A stretch of 64,000 bases of DNA from Takakia lepidozioides (Eukaryota > Plantae > Bryophyta): contig CM060733.1 of assembly GCA_030704615.1 (NCBI GenBank), positions 65,782,001 to 65,846,000 of the forward strand, written 5' to 3'. Below, in pieces: positions 50,476 through 63,209 of this stretch; positions within the stretch are counted from its first letter, which is position 1, and every line of letters starts with the position of its first letter. Below the pieces are notes generated by a model. The model searched no databases. It saw only the letters and a program-made list of their open reading frames with translations, and was not told the origin of the DNA. The position numbers and the translations under genes were made by a program.

Positions 50476-51499
50476 ATTGATCTGTGTACCTACTTAGACC
50501 ATCCACCATTTCCTGAGAGTACTGACCATCATGTACTGTTGAGTGCAAGATGCAAGTGTCTTGCTTCATTCATTGATCTATGTAGCTACTCAGACCATCC
50601 ACCATTTCCTGATAGTGGGGTCTACCCGGCATAGGTGGGAAGTCAGCCCACAATTGCACTTGACTGAAGGGGTGATTTTTTACTGATTCTGGTGACAGTG
50701 GATGGAAATCAGAGTGCTGTCCTAATTCTGGGTTTGGGTGGTGGAGCTTCTCCAAAGCTTGATGAGAGAGGCAGCACTGTGCACAAGTTTGTTCAGCATC
50801 TTAAATTTGGACATGTTTGTTTGTTTCTCGTGGTGTGGCTTTGGATGGAGCCCTTGACAAACTTGCATGAATATTGTCAAAAGCTAGCCTTAATCCACCA
50901 AGATCCAATCCCATGGTGGATGCTTGAAAGTTCATATACTGCATATAAGGGTATTTGGGTATGTTGTTATTGATTGATGCGGTTTGTGCAAATTGAACAT
51001 TGAAATGCAGATCCGCCATTTTTTCCAGAACAAAACAAAATACGGGATTTCTGCACGGAACACTGTGGGGATGACCCACCCCTTCTTTATGAAAAATTGA
51101 ATGTAGTTCTCAGAGTTCGTCGCTAGTAATGAAAAGCAACGCAAAGCCCTAGTTCTAGCAACGACCGAAGGTCGGAAGCTAGTTTAGCGTAGAGCAGGAA
51201 TAGGGTGCCATAGTGCCATGTCATCGTCGCCACGTTTCGTCGTCAATTTGTTTGGACCCTGCCCGGACTGCCCGCCCGGAAGACCCCAAAGCGCCAAGTT
51301 TTTTTGGAGCGTGCTCGGACTGCCCGGTTCTTGAAGTTCTTGAAGTTCTTGAACTGCGGGAGCTATGCGTTTTCGGCCATCGTTCACCTTGCAAGCTGCA
51401 AGCTCTCAACAGTCTCGCTGCTCAATGCAAACCGTGGCTTTTCCCTCATTCGATCGGCTTCGGTTTTCCTGGAAAGGCTCCGCAGATCACATCATTTTG

Positions 51500-53621
51500 C
51501 TTGCTTAGGCTTGTGAACGTGCATGTCCACATATTCCAAAGTGGTATCAAGCCAAATATATTTCTACTGAGCACTCTTATCTCTTATCTCTTCTTACTTC
51601 GCTCTGGACTCCGCTCTCTCACAGGCACAACATGGTAGCGTCCTCTGCCTCTCTTTTAAGCGCTCATGGGGAGGTCATACCCAAGTCCCTATTTCCAACT
51701 TGCGGTGAACGGGCGGAAAACTTCACAATGTGCAGCAGATTAACGAACGAGGACGTGGAGCTGAATTGGGTATGTAGTTGGGCAATGCTGGTTTTGAAAT
51801 CCTTGCGAGTGATGGCTATGACGTCTCCCCAGCTTCCAAGGATACTGAAGAAAGGTATGGAAATGTATATTTTTGCACGCTATGTTGTTTTTATAAACTG
51901 TGTGCATTGGAGTGTAATCCACACACTTGTCCTCCTTCCAGATATCATTCTAGAGACTGCCCTTGTTGCCATGTATGCCAAGTGCAGGAGCATGAACGAG
52001 GCCCGTCGAGTTTTCGACCATATGGCTGGACGAGATGTGGTTTCATGGAGTGCGATGATTGCAGGATATGCTCAGCAAGGGTCTTGGAGACCTATGAGAA
52101 AATGATATGGGAAGGGTGGGTGCCGGACGAGTCACATTCACTTCGACAATATGGTTGGACGAGATGTGGTTTCATGGAGTGCGATGATTGCAGGATATGC
52201 TCAGCAAAGGTCTTGGAGACCTATGAGCAAATGATATGGGAAGGGTGGATACCGGACAAAGTCACATTCACTTCCGTTCTCGATGCATGTGCCAGCCTAG
52301 TAGACCTAGAAAGGGCAAAAAGATCCATGCTAATATTATCCAAACCAGAATTGAGCCAAATATCGTCCTAGAAACTGCCCTTGCCAACATGTATGCCGAA
52401 TGTGGGAACATGACGGATGCGCATCTAGTGTTTGACAATATGGCTCGACAAAATGTGGTAAAAAGGATCGCAAGATATGCTCAGCTTGGATGTGGTAAAA
52501 AGGCTTTGGAGATCTATGAGCAAATGATACAGAAAGGGGTTATGCCCAACCAGGTAACGTTTGTGTGCATTGTCAATGCATGTTCCAGCCTGGTGGCTGA
52601 ACGAGATGTGCTCTCCTTGAGTGCAATGATTTCAGGATATGCCCAGCATGGATGTGGTAGGGAGGCTTTGGAGACATATGAGCGAATGATAGGGGAAGGG
52701 GGACACCCAACCAGGTCACTTTTGTTTCTGTTTTCAACGCCTGTGCCAACCTGGCAGCCCTGGAAAAGGGCACAGAAATCCATGCTCACATTATCAAAGC
52801 TGGAATTGAGCCAACAGTCACTTTGGAAATACCCTTGTTGACAGGTATGCCAAATGCGGGGATATAAGGAATGCCTGGCTAGTGTTTGACGACATGGTTG
52901 AACGAGATGTGGTCTCATCGAGTGCTACGATTGCAGGATATGCTTAGCACGGGTGTGGTAGGGTGGCCCTGCAACTATTGGAACAAATGCAACAGGAAGG
53001 GTTGAAGCCGAATGGTATCACTTTTATATGTGTTCTCTCTGCATGTAGCCATGTGTGACTAGTAGATGAAGGTAGTCATTACTTTGATTCTTTGAGTCAA
53101 GCTCATGGCCTGACTTCCACAAACCAGCATTTTGGATGCATGGTGGACCTTCTAGGTCGTGCACGGCATGTGGATGAGGCAAAGGACTTCATCAAGAAAA
53201 TGCCAAGCGAACCAGCTGCTACAGTGTGGGGGACTTTGCTTGGTGCCTGCAGAATTCATGGGAATCTGGAGGTGGCAGAATGTGCAACAAAATACCTTCT
53301 TCCGCGGGATGTGGCAACGTGTGTGCTTCTATCCAACGTCTATGCTACGGCTGGCAGGTAGGACGATGTCGCAAAGTTGAGGAGGATGATGTGGGACAGA
53401 GGTGTCAGGAAGGAGCCTGGTCAATGCTGCATAGAGGTCTATAGTCAGGTGCATATTTCGTTGTAGATGATAAATTGCATCGACGAATTGAGGAAATCCA
53501 TGCTAAGCTGAAGAGATTGTCTTGGCAGATGAAGGAGGCCGGGTACGTGCCTGACACTCGATTTGTATTGCATGATGTGGAGGAGAAACAAAAGGATATT
53601 TCTCTGTCACCACAGCGAGAA
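51500..53621 (+). pseudogene. PLS-E+ PPR pseudogene truncated at HSEK
   Basis: [77 protein letters not shown], then unrelated sequence. Stops and frameshifts present. Confidence 0.88.
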
Positions 53622-55489
53622 GTGTGGTGTGAAAGAAGGGGGTTGACGTAAACCACCCCAAAGACAAACATTAACACATCAGAGTCATTCACACACCCCA
53701 CCCACGCCGCAGCCGAATGGAAGATGGAGGCGGGGTCAATCTGTCTTCGGACATCAGTAACTTGAGAATATCACTGTGCACACTGCCCGGATGCCACAAG
53801 TGCCCATACAATCGTGACCCCAGGATAGGTACATCCCATGGAAAGCAACCACCCACTGGTACTCACAGATTTCCCTTCAAAACAGCTGGTCGAACTACAT
53901 GAATGCCCATCCGGCCCTCTCTCATTTTACCTCCAGATGCCTAAGGCTGGATCATGCACCCTTAATGCCAAGCCAGAGCTAATGCTGAATGCAACATAAG
54001 GAAATCGGGACAAATCAGTGACCTCACCATGCAAGCCTCTAGCCTTTCATGACTGCAATGAAGAAATACCCCAATGGAGTGAAGAGCAGCTAATGCACCC
54101 TAACCACTGCAATGCTAAATATCCTAGCCAGCCATGACAATTGGAGCTTCAGTGTGCTTCCTCAAATTCTCACTTCAACATGCCCAATTCCAGAGTCATG
54201 GTTCTCCCTAGCCACCTCCACTATCTCCCGCTAACCAGAAGAAGAGGGATCTTCTCACCAAAAACTTCCTTAAAACCCAAGCCCCACTTGCCTGTGCAAT
54301 TACTACACCTGCAGCTCCTATAGTTGACAACACAACTAGCCCTGGCTGGAAAACTAACTCAGCCGCCATAGCGGATACTAACTAAGGAACAGGAAAGTAA
54401 ATCGCAGCCAAAAACTAATGCACGCAGGCTGATATATGCTCCAGAATACAAAGTGTCAGCAGCTTGCCGTGCCCGTGCTTGTGTGCTTGCATGAAGAACG
54501 TAGCAACTCATAAATCCCGCCAATCCAGGGCACAGGGATGTTCGGCGGATGGATGCTTTCATCCAGTGAGCCATAATTCATCCATCAAGGTCATTCATCC
54601 AACTACTTAAATGTTGTAAAATCTTAAGTACTTAGCCCCATCAAACAGCTGCAGAAAAATAAAAAGGCCACATATTCACACTACATATGTGGTGTGGCTC
54701 CCCTTTTTAAGTGTCTGCGTCCCTGCAGACCATTTTTTTCCAAGTCCAGAGCAGATTCATCTTGTGGCCCTGCATACCATACCTTCTTTCTCTTCTTATA
54801 GTTCATGGCAAGTTGGTCCGGACCTCTCTTCAGTTGTGTGATCTCAAATTTGCCCACATCTGGTCCTGTTTTGATGTCAACTCTCCTCGTACCAAATAGC
54901 AGGTCAGATCTGGATTTTTCGTTTACCTCCAATGCAATCCATCGTTCCCAATTTCTGATGTTGCACCCTGGCAACCCTGGTTTTGCTCCATGTGCATCAT
55001 GGCTGAAGCCTTTCAACTTGAAATCAGCTGTCAATCCAGCCACCTTCTGACCCTCGTGCTCAATCATGATGGTGTCATCACCCATTGGGTACAGTTCCAG
55101 TTCCTCCCCATGGGGACCAGCCTTATGCCCATGATCATCTGTCAATATTTTTTATTTCCATCAATGCTTGCAGGTCTGAGTCACACAAAGGGGCCTGGCT
55201 GCATCCCCATAAATGCACCCTGCTCCCTTTTCTTGAATTTGCATTGATCATTTGTAACACTAGCCCTCCCGGGTCCCATGCTTTCTCTTGGTGACAATTC
55301 AATATCTGATTTGTGCTCCCTATTGTGATGGTGCCTTGTTCATGAGCATCCCACTTCTGGTCCAGATACATTCGGGACTGATGCCACTCAGTCGGCACCA
55401 GTGTCTCCTCTCCACCCCCGTTTTTATTGACCAACGGCAATGACCTCCTTGGCCCTCCACTTGCCATGCATGGTCTGTCCAACAGGGTT

Positions 55490-56657
55490 TTGTTCAGATT
55501 GTATTTTGGCACCATTCCAGCCCTCATGATATCAGCATGAATCTGCCTGCCCTCTTCAAACGATGCAAGGCTGGCGCACGTTTTGCAGATAGAAATGAAC
55601 ATGACCTGGTTGGGCCTCCTACCTTCCCAGATCAATTGCTCACACACCCCCAGAGCATCCTTACCAGCCCCATGATCAGCATATATTCCTGCTATCATTG
55701 CACTCCTTGACACCACATTTCGTTCAGACATACTGTCAGGCACTTGACGAGCATCCCTCATGCTTCCAGATTTGGCACACAAGTCAACCAGGGCAGTCTC
55801 CAGAGCAGTATCCGTCCCAATTCCGGATTTGATGATGTGACCATGGACCTCCCTGCTTTTTCCCAGGTCTGCCAGGCCCGCACATGTATTGAGAATATAA
55901 ATGAATGTGGCCTCGTTGGGTGTTAATCTTTCCCTTCTCATCTACAATAAAGTTCCCAAGCCTTCACTCCATAGCCATGGTGAGCAAATGCTGTGATCAT
56001 CTTGGTCCATGAATCCATCTCTGGTTCAGCCATCTTGTCAAACACTTCGCGTGCATCCTTCATGCTTCTGCATTTGGCATCCACAGTGACGAAGGCAGTG
56101 TCCAGAACGACATCTGGCATGATCTGCATTCTGCCCTTACCAGCATGGCTATCTTTGCCTTCTCCCAGGGCTGGAACACTGGCAAGCGTATTCAGAACAC
56201 AAATGAACGAGACCTTATTGGGTTTCAACTCCTCTAGAATCAATTGCTCATCGGTCTTCAAAGCCTCCATCCCACACCCATGCTGGGTATAACCTGTGAT
56301 CTTTGCACTCCACGAGACTACATTTTGTTCCACCATATTATCAAAAACTCCCTCTCCCTCCTTAACCTCAGATGCAGTGACCTTATTAGAGTTTTCTACC
56401 CCATGAAGTCGAGCATAACTCACAAATGTTGATGTCAATGGGTGGCTGGCTTTGCTTTCAACAGAAGCGATCCAAAGCAAAATCGGCTGAACAGTAGAGA
56501 TGTCGTCAGTTGCCAGCACATCAGACACACAAAACTGCCCTTCAGTCAAGGCCTTTTTCTCATCCAAAGCTACAATCTTCAGCCTGCCAAACAGATGAAC
56601 AAAATATATAGCAGCGAGTGGTGTTGCTGCAACAGATTTCTCAGACCTGTCCGCCAT
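55490..56657 (-). pseudogene. Chimeric sequence: P1B-ATPase (HMA) P/N-domain fragment fused in frame to PLS PPR motifs
   Basis: LKIVALDEKKALTEGQF.V...LLWIASVESKASHPL...YAR..GVE...EGEGV (HMA-like; DKTGT degenerate) continues directly into FDNMVEQNVVSWSA..GY.QHG PPR motifs. Confidence 0.75.
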
Positions 56658-57447
56658 TCTCCTTCATCATCGTTCAACCTTTCAGGTATTCCCTCTTTCA
56701 TTGCTGCCCTTTTGCTGCACCTTCCAATATGGCTGAAACCATCAAGCTCCACAGGCTGGTCTTTGGTTCACAAATAGTGAGAACATAAACATTATTGATA
56801 TCATCCAAGACAGCAGGTTGGGACTCTTCCTTGAACCATCCCGTGTCAATTGCACCCTCGTTTTCCATCTCTTCAGGTTTCCAGAGCATGCTTCTGGGCA
56901 GCTCGCTTTCCTCCTTTGCCAACACCTCATTAAAATTTTGTGTTTGCCTCTCGCACCCAATCAAACCCAAGTCACTGCCTGGCTGTTGTGACATGGTTTC
57001 TTTAGCAATCAAGACCAGCTCTGCCAGACCCTCTGGTAAAAGTTGATCGTTCACTCCTTGTTCCTTGATTTCACCATTGACACTGCCTACACCATCACAA
57101 GAGCCTTGCAATGACATCGGAACGGGAACAGGAGGAACATTGTGGGGGGTGTTTCAATGATACAGGTTGTGGTAGTCCTGTCCTCTATTTGGGGAGAATT
57201 GTCTTTTAGAGAGGACAGATTTTCGGACTTGTTCCCATCCAGAACAAATAAAAGATTTTGGTGAAGTATGGATTTCTCCTGTGAATCGTCATGTCCTCAG
57301 CTTTTTGTATTTGTCCTTGTGTCGTTGTCCCTGTCTGCCTGAAGTCTGCAAGTTTTTCAATCTTACATAATCGGAGTTCTTCCTAAACATGTTTCTTACT
57401 GTCTTACTATTTCGGCATATGTTCCACAATTTAGAAAGGAACATCCC

Positions 57448-58160
57448 GGACGGAATGCGGCACCGCATTTCTGTTCCACAATGTTGCATGTCTCCCATGG
57501 GACGGGAATGAGGCACGACATTTCCGTTCAACCATGTGCCAGCTGGTACAATGGACAGAAATGCGGCACCGCATTTCCGTTCCTGCCTATCTAAGGTGTC
57601 CCAGTCGACGGAAATGCGGTGCCGCATTTCTGTTCCACCATGGCTTACGTGTCCCATTTGACGGAAATGCGGTACCGCATTTTCGTTCCACCATGTGCCA
57701 GCTAGTACAGTGGACGGAAATGTGGCACCGCATTTCCATCGGCTCTCTTCCAAACGAAGAACCCGGACGGAAATGCGGCACCATTTTCGTTCCTGCCTAT
57801 CTAAGGTGTCCCAGTCGACGGAAATGCGGTGCCGCAATTTTGTTCCACCATGGCTTACGTGTCCCATTTGACGGAAATGCGGTATCGCATTTCCGTTCCA
57901 CCATGTGCCAGCTGGTACAGTGGACGGAAATGCAGCACCGCATTTCCGTCGGCTCTCTTCCAAAGGAATAGCCAGGACGGAATTGCGATACCGCATTTGT
58001 GTTCCAACATTTGTTTGGTGTGACAGTGGACGGAAATGCGGCGCCGCATTTCCGTTCACACTCAGAGAGAGGATGATGTCGAACGGGAATACGGCACCGC
58101 GTTTCCGTTCCGGGATGTGCACGGGGATGCTTTGTCTCCGATACAACGGAAATGCGGCCT
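57448..58160. repeat. Array of about 14 palindromic 31-bp repeats at 53-bp period with 22-bp variable linkers
   Basis: Core GGACGGAAATGCGGCACCGCATTTCCGTTCC. There is a higher-order 4-unit (~210 bp) duplication, and the palindrome recurs at 61395-61416. Confidence 0.92.
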
Positions 58161-58285
58161 CTCTTTATGAGCACAACTTGGTTGTCTAACCGTTTTAACT
58201 AAAATTCCTGGCACTTGTTAGTGCGAATGTTCATGTCTGCCTCGAGAATGTAGCAGGATCCACCTTAACAAAAAATTGTCAGGAG

Positions 58286-60850
58286 ATGTTATTGGTTCGC
58301 CGAATTCGCCATCATTGTCATACATACGCGATATGGAATCGGAGCTCCCACCTTCATGCATGTATCTTGAAACATTCTGCTGGACTTCAATGTGCGACTT
58401 CCAATCGTCGATGGCCTCCGCAGTTCCAAATACTTGGTGTCACTAAGCTTTGGTCTCTCACTATACAGAACCTCGCACTTGCCAACTTCGTGCGGTGTTC
58501 GATGGCTCCCAATTCCTACGCTATAGTGTGTTGTCCTCCGCAACTTGGGAGAGCCTGGATCCCAAACGAGGGAGGACTTTGCAGAGTGACTGAGACTTAC
58601 CTTTGTTCCAAATTTAAGCTCAAACCGGGAACAGTGTATTTGGAAGAAGAAAGGAAGGATGTCCCTAGACAAGTTGATGAGACCATTGTGGTGCTACATG
58701 CCGACAGAGGTTGTGGAATCGAGTGGCACATACCCCCATCAGACACCATTTTGTATCGCGTTGTGGGAATGCCCATTCCGTTCCCAAATCAGTCGCTGCC
58801 CACACTATCCACAAAATGAGTCGGGAAACCGACAAGCGGCCACTACCACCAGAGAGATGTGCAACGATAATCATTCCCGACCTGGACCGTGAAGACCCTC
58901 CATAGCTTCTCGTGTGGAGGTATTCGACATTTCCGACGATGAAGATGAGTGCATGGAAGTCCCCATGTCCTCCACACGGTCGTTCAAATCCGACATGGAT
59001 GTCTCTGCAGGTGCTACGCATGTACCCCCGAGCCTAACTCCAACCCGCTCCATTGTGCAGCTCCTACGACAACATCACCTAGACGGTTCTCGCTCCTAGC
59101 TCGCTGCTCTTGACTAGCCAAATTTCCAATCAGGAAGGTAACGTATTTGCCTCCCGAAGTCGATGGGAATGTGATCTTCAAGTTTCCACCTGTTACTTCG
59201 TCAAACAAAGCCTCAGGGATGTTAACAAACATGGAAGAAAGCATGATGGACACCCCTGGTGTGTGATGAAGACCAGTAGCATAAAAATTGCAGATGGTGT
59301 TCGTGTACGATACGTCCTCTGTGCGGGGAAGCTGAGGTGCCTCAATCCCGCCTGTTTCCACTTTCTCTCCAAAGGAGGGCGGAGAAACGAGACGGATTGG
59401 ACTGGCACAACCCATCATCCATTCATTGTCTCCAGCCAGGCTCCAGCGGGTACTTTCAAGTGCGCCCATTGCAAAAATCCACCGACATGCATGTCCATGT
59501 GCAAAGCCAAGCAATATTATATCATCCATTTGCTCCCAGACTTGACTGGGTCCACTGCCACCCCTTGGCGAGAGGCAACATGCGGGAGGAAGTGCAAGAA
59601 GCACACGACATCATAAAAGAGGAGGTGAAATTTGAACCCCGGAGCCAGACCAAAGCAGATTCAGCTCAAGGCAGCCCACAAAATTGCTCTTGGCAAAATT
59701 ATGTCTAAAGATGGAAATGACCGAGTGCCCTTGAACGAAGAGGAGGTGCTTGACCTGTTGAGTCCGTCTCGCACGTTTGTAGTCCGAATGTGCGGAATCA
59801 CATCATATCTTGCAAGCAGGAGTCGGACATGCACTCAATCTTGGAGGTGAAACAAAGGATTGGATATGACTACATCCAAGGTAGCCAGTTTCCAGGGTAA
59901 GGCAGCAAATCCGATCGTTGTTACATTTTGAAAATGTCAACGTGTGGGCCTGGGAGTGGAGTCGACTTGGTCACTCGAATGACAACTGGAAACTTGTCGA
60001 ATGCTTCGGTGATGTTTGACCACATCAAGCGAATTACAAACCATCAGTGGATGACCATGGGTGCACATGTTTATGACTATCACTCCAAGAGGCTCATGAC
60101 GATTGCAATCTGCGAGATGAAAGGGGAGGACACACAGTCGGAGATGCATAAACGGCAGATGGCAAAGGCGGGTTTGCCAAAGCCCAATTTCAGAGGATTC
60201 ATGGCAGACAACACTCAGGCCAACTCGGCATATGGTGAGGACCCCAATGTTCCAATGGAGGGGAAAGAGAGATCCTGTGGATTCCATTGGATATAGAGTC
60301 TATCTCACTACACAACCAAATTTGTTGCAAGCTCATTCCAAGCTGAATACCGTGTCTTTTGTACGGCGTGGAAGGATGCACCCACATTTGATGATGCGGA
60401 GATTAAGTTTGCTATCATCGAGGCTTGGTGGAACACGTCAGGTGGAGTGGAGACAACCAATCTGGGAGCCTTGCACAGCTGGTTGGGGTGGTGGCATTAC
60501 CGGTATGGACAGTTCGGACAGTACATGTGGGAGGTATGATGCCAGACTTTTGCTGCAATTGTCGTTCTATTACAGACCTTTCCATTTTTCCCTCACCATT
60601 GTTTCTGTCCTTGTATGAGTGGTGCCTGGATTCCGACATGGACATGCCGAACACGAATATGGAAGAATCAGTCCACTCCTCCTGGCGAGCGTCTTCTGCC
60701 GCACATCTGGTGGACGTAGTGATGGCCACAATGAAGGACATCGACAGAGCAATCACGAACAGCTTCAAGGTCGAAGAATCCATTGAAATGGGCGACAGCA
60801 TTGCGAGAGAAGATCAAAGGGACGCCTCTGCACCGCAGAGGTGAACACCT
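58286..60850 (+). mobile_element. Mutator-like (MULE) transposase pseudogene with N-terminal GCM-like zinc domain
   Basis: DGHPW..MKTS...RY..CAG.LRC.NP.C...C.HC...C...C (GCM-like); VMFDHIKR...TMGAHVYD...IAICEM..ED..S, GFMADN.QAN, RSCGFHW (MULE D..D..CxxH). Confidence 0.7.
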
Positions 60851-61465
60851 AGAGGGGGACGTCTGTACTTGCCCTGTGAGGCGGAGGATTGAAGAGGAAC
60901 CCGGGTACTAAGAGGATTCATGGAGATCCGACAAGAACATTCGGACAGCACCTCGAGGTCCCGTCATGTTGCCGCACAATGTGTCTTCCAGCAGTGGAAG
61001 CCCAAGAGTTTTAAGATCGCCATCGTCTTCAAGCGGGGATTCCGTGTGAGAAATTCCCATCGCCCCTCAAAAGTGAACGAGACACTCTTCTTGTACACTC
61101 TTTTGAATATGGATCCAGGGGACCAGTGAGCTTGGCTTGCGGGCCACAAGACAATGTTACGCCCATCCTTTTCGGAGTTTCAGTTATAGTACAACTGTAC
61201 TGCTGCAAGTACCTCTGACTTTGGCAACAGAAAGGTTCGACTTATGTCTTGCCTACCAGTAACCTATTTTGGTCAAACTAAGATAATACTATGCCATTAA
61301 CTTCTATTTCCACGTGCTTGTATTTTTGTATTTTGGGGGGGTTCTTGTTTTTCTGCTCTCCCAAACTTTGCTTACCTCATTCGACCCCCGGCAAGGAAAT
61401 GCGGCGCCGCATTTCCAAGAGAGAGAGAGAGAATACTCCGGCCAAAGCCGGCGTAACTAAGAGCT

Positions 61466-62470
61466 TTCTCATCCGCAACCATCTCTCTCGCCTATCTTCT
61501 CACCTTCACCACTCTGACCGTAATCTCATCGCAGCCATAGCCAACCTGGCTATCTCCATCAATCAACCCATTCATTTTCTCAAAGTTCGTGCACACAGGC
61601 ATTCGGGGAAACGAGGCTGCCGACCGCCTTGCCCAGGAAGGCGCCGACGAACCCCTTATTGACCCTACCAATGACCCCATACACATAGCGCACACCCACC
61701 CATTCTGGCTAATATACCCTATACCCGACCCCCTTGAACCACGGCCCATACGCAACCTTTTGAAAACCCTCACTCGAGAAGCCAATAAGCAACCTCGGCA
61801 TGTGCTAGCCACACTAAAATATACATACAAAAATGGACACAATCCGCAGTACTCCATAACAAACTCTCAAACTACTTCTGGCAATCCAAAGCAGCTACTG
61901 ACACCCAAATTAAACAGACCCTTAAATTCCGATATGCCATATGGGTCATCGACAACCAGCATGTAGCCCAGTGGTAATGGGCACATACCACGTTGGATGT
62001 GGTTGTGGGTTCAAACCACCGTCTGGTGTGTCATGAAGGTGTCCACCTTCCTGCTGGAAGGCAGTAGCCCTTCGGGGTCAAGTGACACCATAAGTTACGC
62101 TCCCTTCAGGAGGCGTCATACTTTTTACTTTATATGGGTCATCAGCGTAAACACACTTTCTGGCCACGCCTCTTTCCCTCCCCGCATTGTCCCCTCTGCT
62201 CTCATACCCATCAAGAATGTGACACCTGGCCACACCTTCTTAGAAAATGCACTCACCCGGTCATCCACGGGCTTCGGATAACCCGCTATGTAACCACGCA
62301 GTCTGGCACATCCATAAACTCCTCATGAACCGCGCCGAGACCAGATGGTTTTCACTAATTAACGCTGGAACTTACCAAGGACGACCCCCAGACCACACCG
62401 TCCCACACTGGCTTCTCCCCTGTACTTGCTCCCACTCCCCCTGCACCTGCCCCGCTAGACTATGTCCAGA
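61466..62470 (+). mobile_element. 3' fragment of the Dualen/RandI-like LINE family (RNase H end, CCHC, RLE start)
   Basis: Homologous to 26501-26860 (HSDRNLIAAI..LAISINQPIHFLKVR, DPIH.AHT.PFW). Continues CPLC...DTWPHLL..C, GL.ITR..HAV, VPHWLL, RLCPD. Confidence 0.85.
61951..62131 (+). mobile_element. tRNA-derived SINE
   Basis: 12-bp TSD ATATGGGTCATC at 61939-61950 and 62132-62143; Pol III A box TAGCCCAGTGG, B box GGTTCAAACC; T-rich tail TACTTTTTACTTT. Confidence 0.85.
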
Positions 62471-62514
62471 CAGAGAACAGCATGTCCTACTACACATTGA
62501 GGATATGTTCATAC

Positions 62515-62897
62515 AAGTACCTTGAAGGACCAGCCTGCAATTAATCAGATTTCAAGCATGCAACCAAGTAAACTTCTTGGGCATGACAAAACATATTGCA
62601 GCCTCACTCTTTGCCATTTGTAAGTACCCCAAGACATGCATCATGCAAGGCCCCTTGGGTAGGTAAGAACAGCCTGCCATACTACAGATTCAAGACATGT
62701 ATACACAAGCATCTTGATGGACCAGCTTGTAGTTTATTAGATTCCAAACATGCAACCAAGTGACCCTCTTGGGCATGACAAGATAGACTGCAACTTCATT
62801 CTACACCATGTATAATTGCCCCAAGACATGCATCATGTAAGGCATTTTGGCATGGAAGAAAGGCCTGCCATATTACAGATTCAAGATATGGACACAA
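62515..62897. repeat. Two diverged ~190 bp tandem units
   Basis: GGACCAGC.TG...CATGCAACCAAGT...CTTGGGCATGACAA...CCCCAAGACATGCATCATG.AAGGC...GCCTGCCATA.TACAGATTCAAGA occurs twice. Confidence 0.8.
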
Positions 62898-63209
62898 AAA
62901 AACTTTGAGTGCTCGAGACCAAGCCCACTTGGCCAAAAAAATTAAATCATACATTGCAGGTGCCTGGTCTGATGGCAAAATAAGGCAAACCATGGTAGGC
63001 AATGAAGTGGAGTGTGAGCAGTTGGTGTGGCCTTCGCAGGTTCCACCTGGATGACCTCTTCTTTTCAGCATCTATTTGTGGCGAAGAGGGACGGTCCCCA
63101 TTTGGTGGGGAGCTGAGATCAAGTCTAGCGTTGCAGAAGCAGAAATATACATGTCAGAACAGACCCTATTTTGGCGCAACAACTTATTATCTAGGCTATT
63201 TCGTCACTA

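Noticed and set aside
57448-58160. True CRISPR array
   Set aside because: The context is eukaryotic with no cas genes. Linkers are duplicated in blocks and several are related to each other, and the same palindrome flanks a transposase.
57289-58189. Long ORFs on both strands (285, 145, 125 aa)
   Set aside because: Artefacts of translating the palindromic repeat array.
61438-61462. Helitron 3' end (CCGGC-CAAA-GCCGG hairpin plus CTAA)
   Set aside because: The spacing is short, and no matching 5' TC end or A/T target can be established.
61951-62030. tRNA gene
   Set aside because: A and B boxes are present but there is no convincing cloverleaf. The TSD and tail indicate a SINE.
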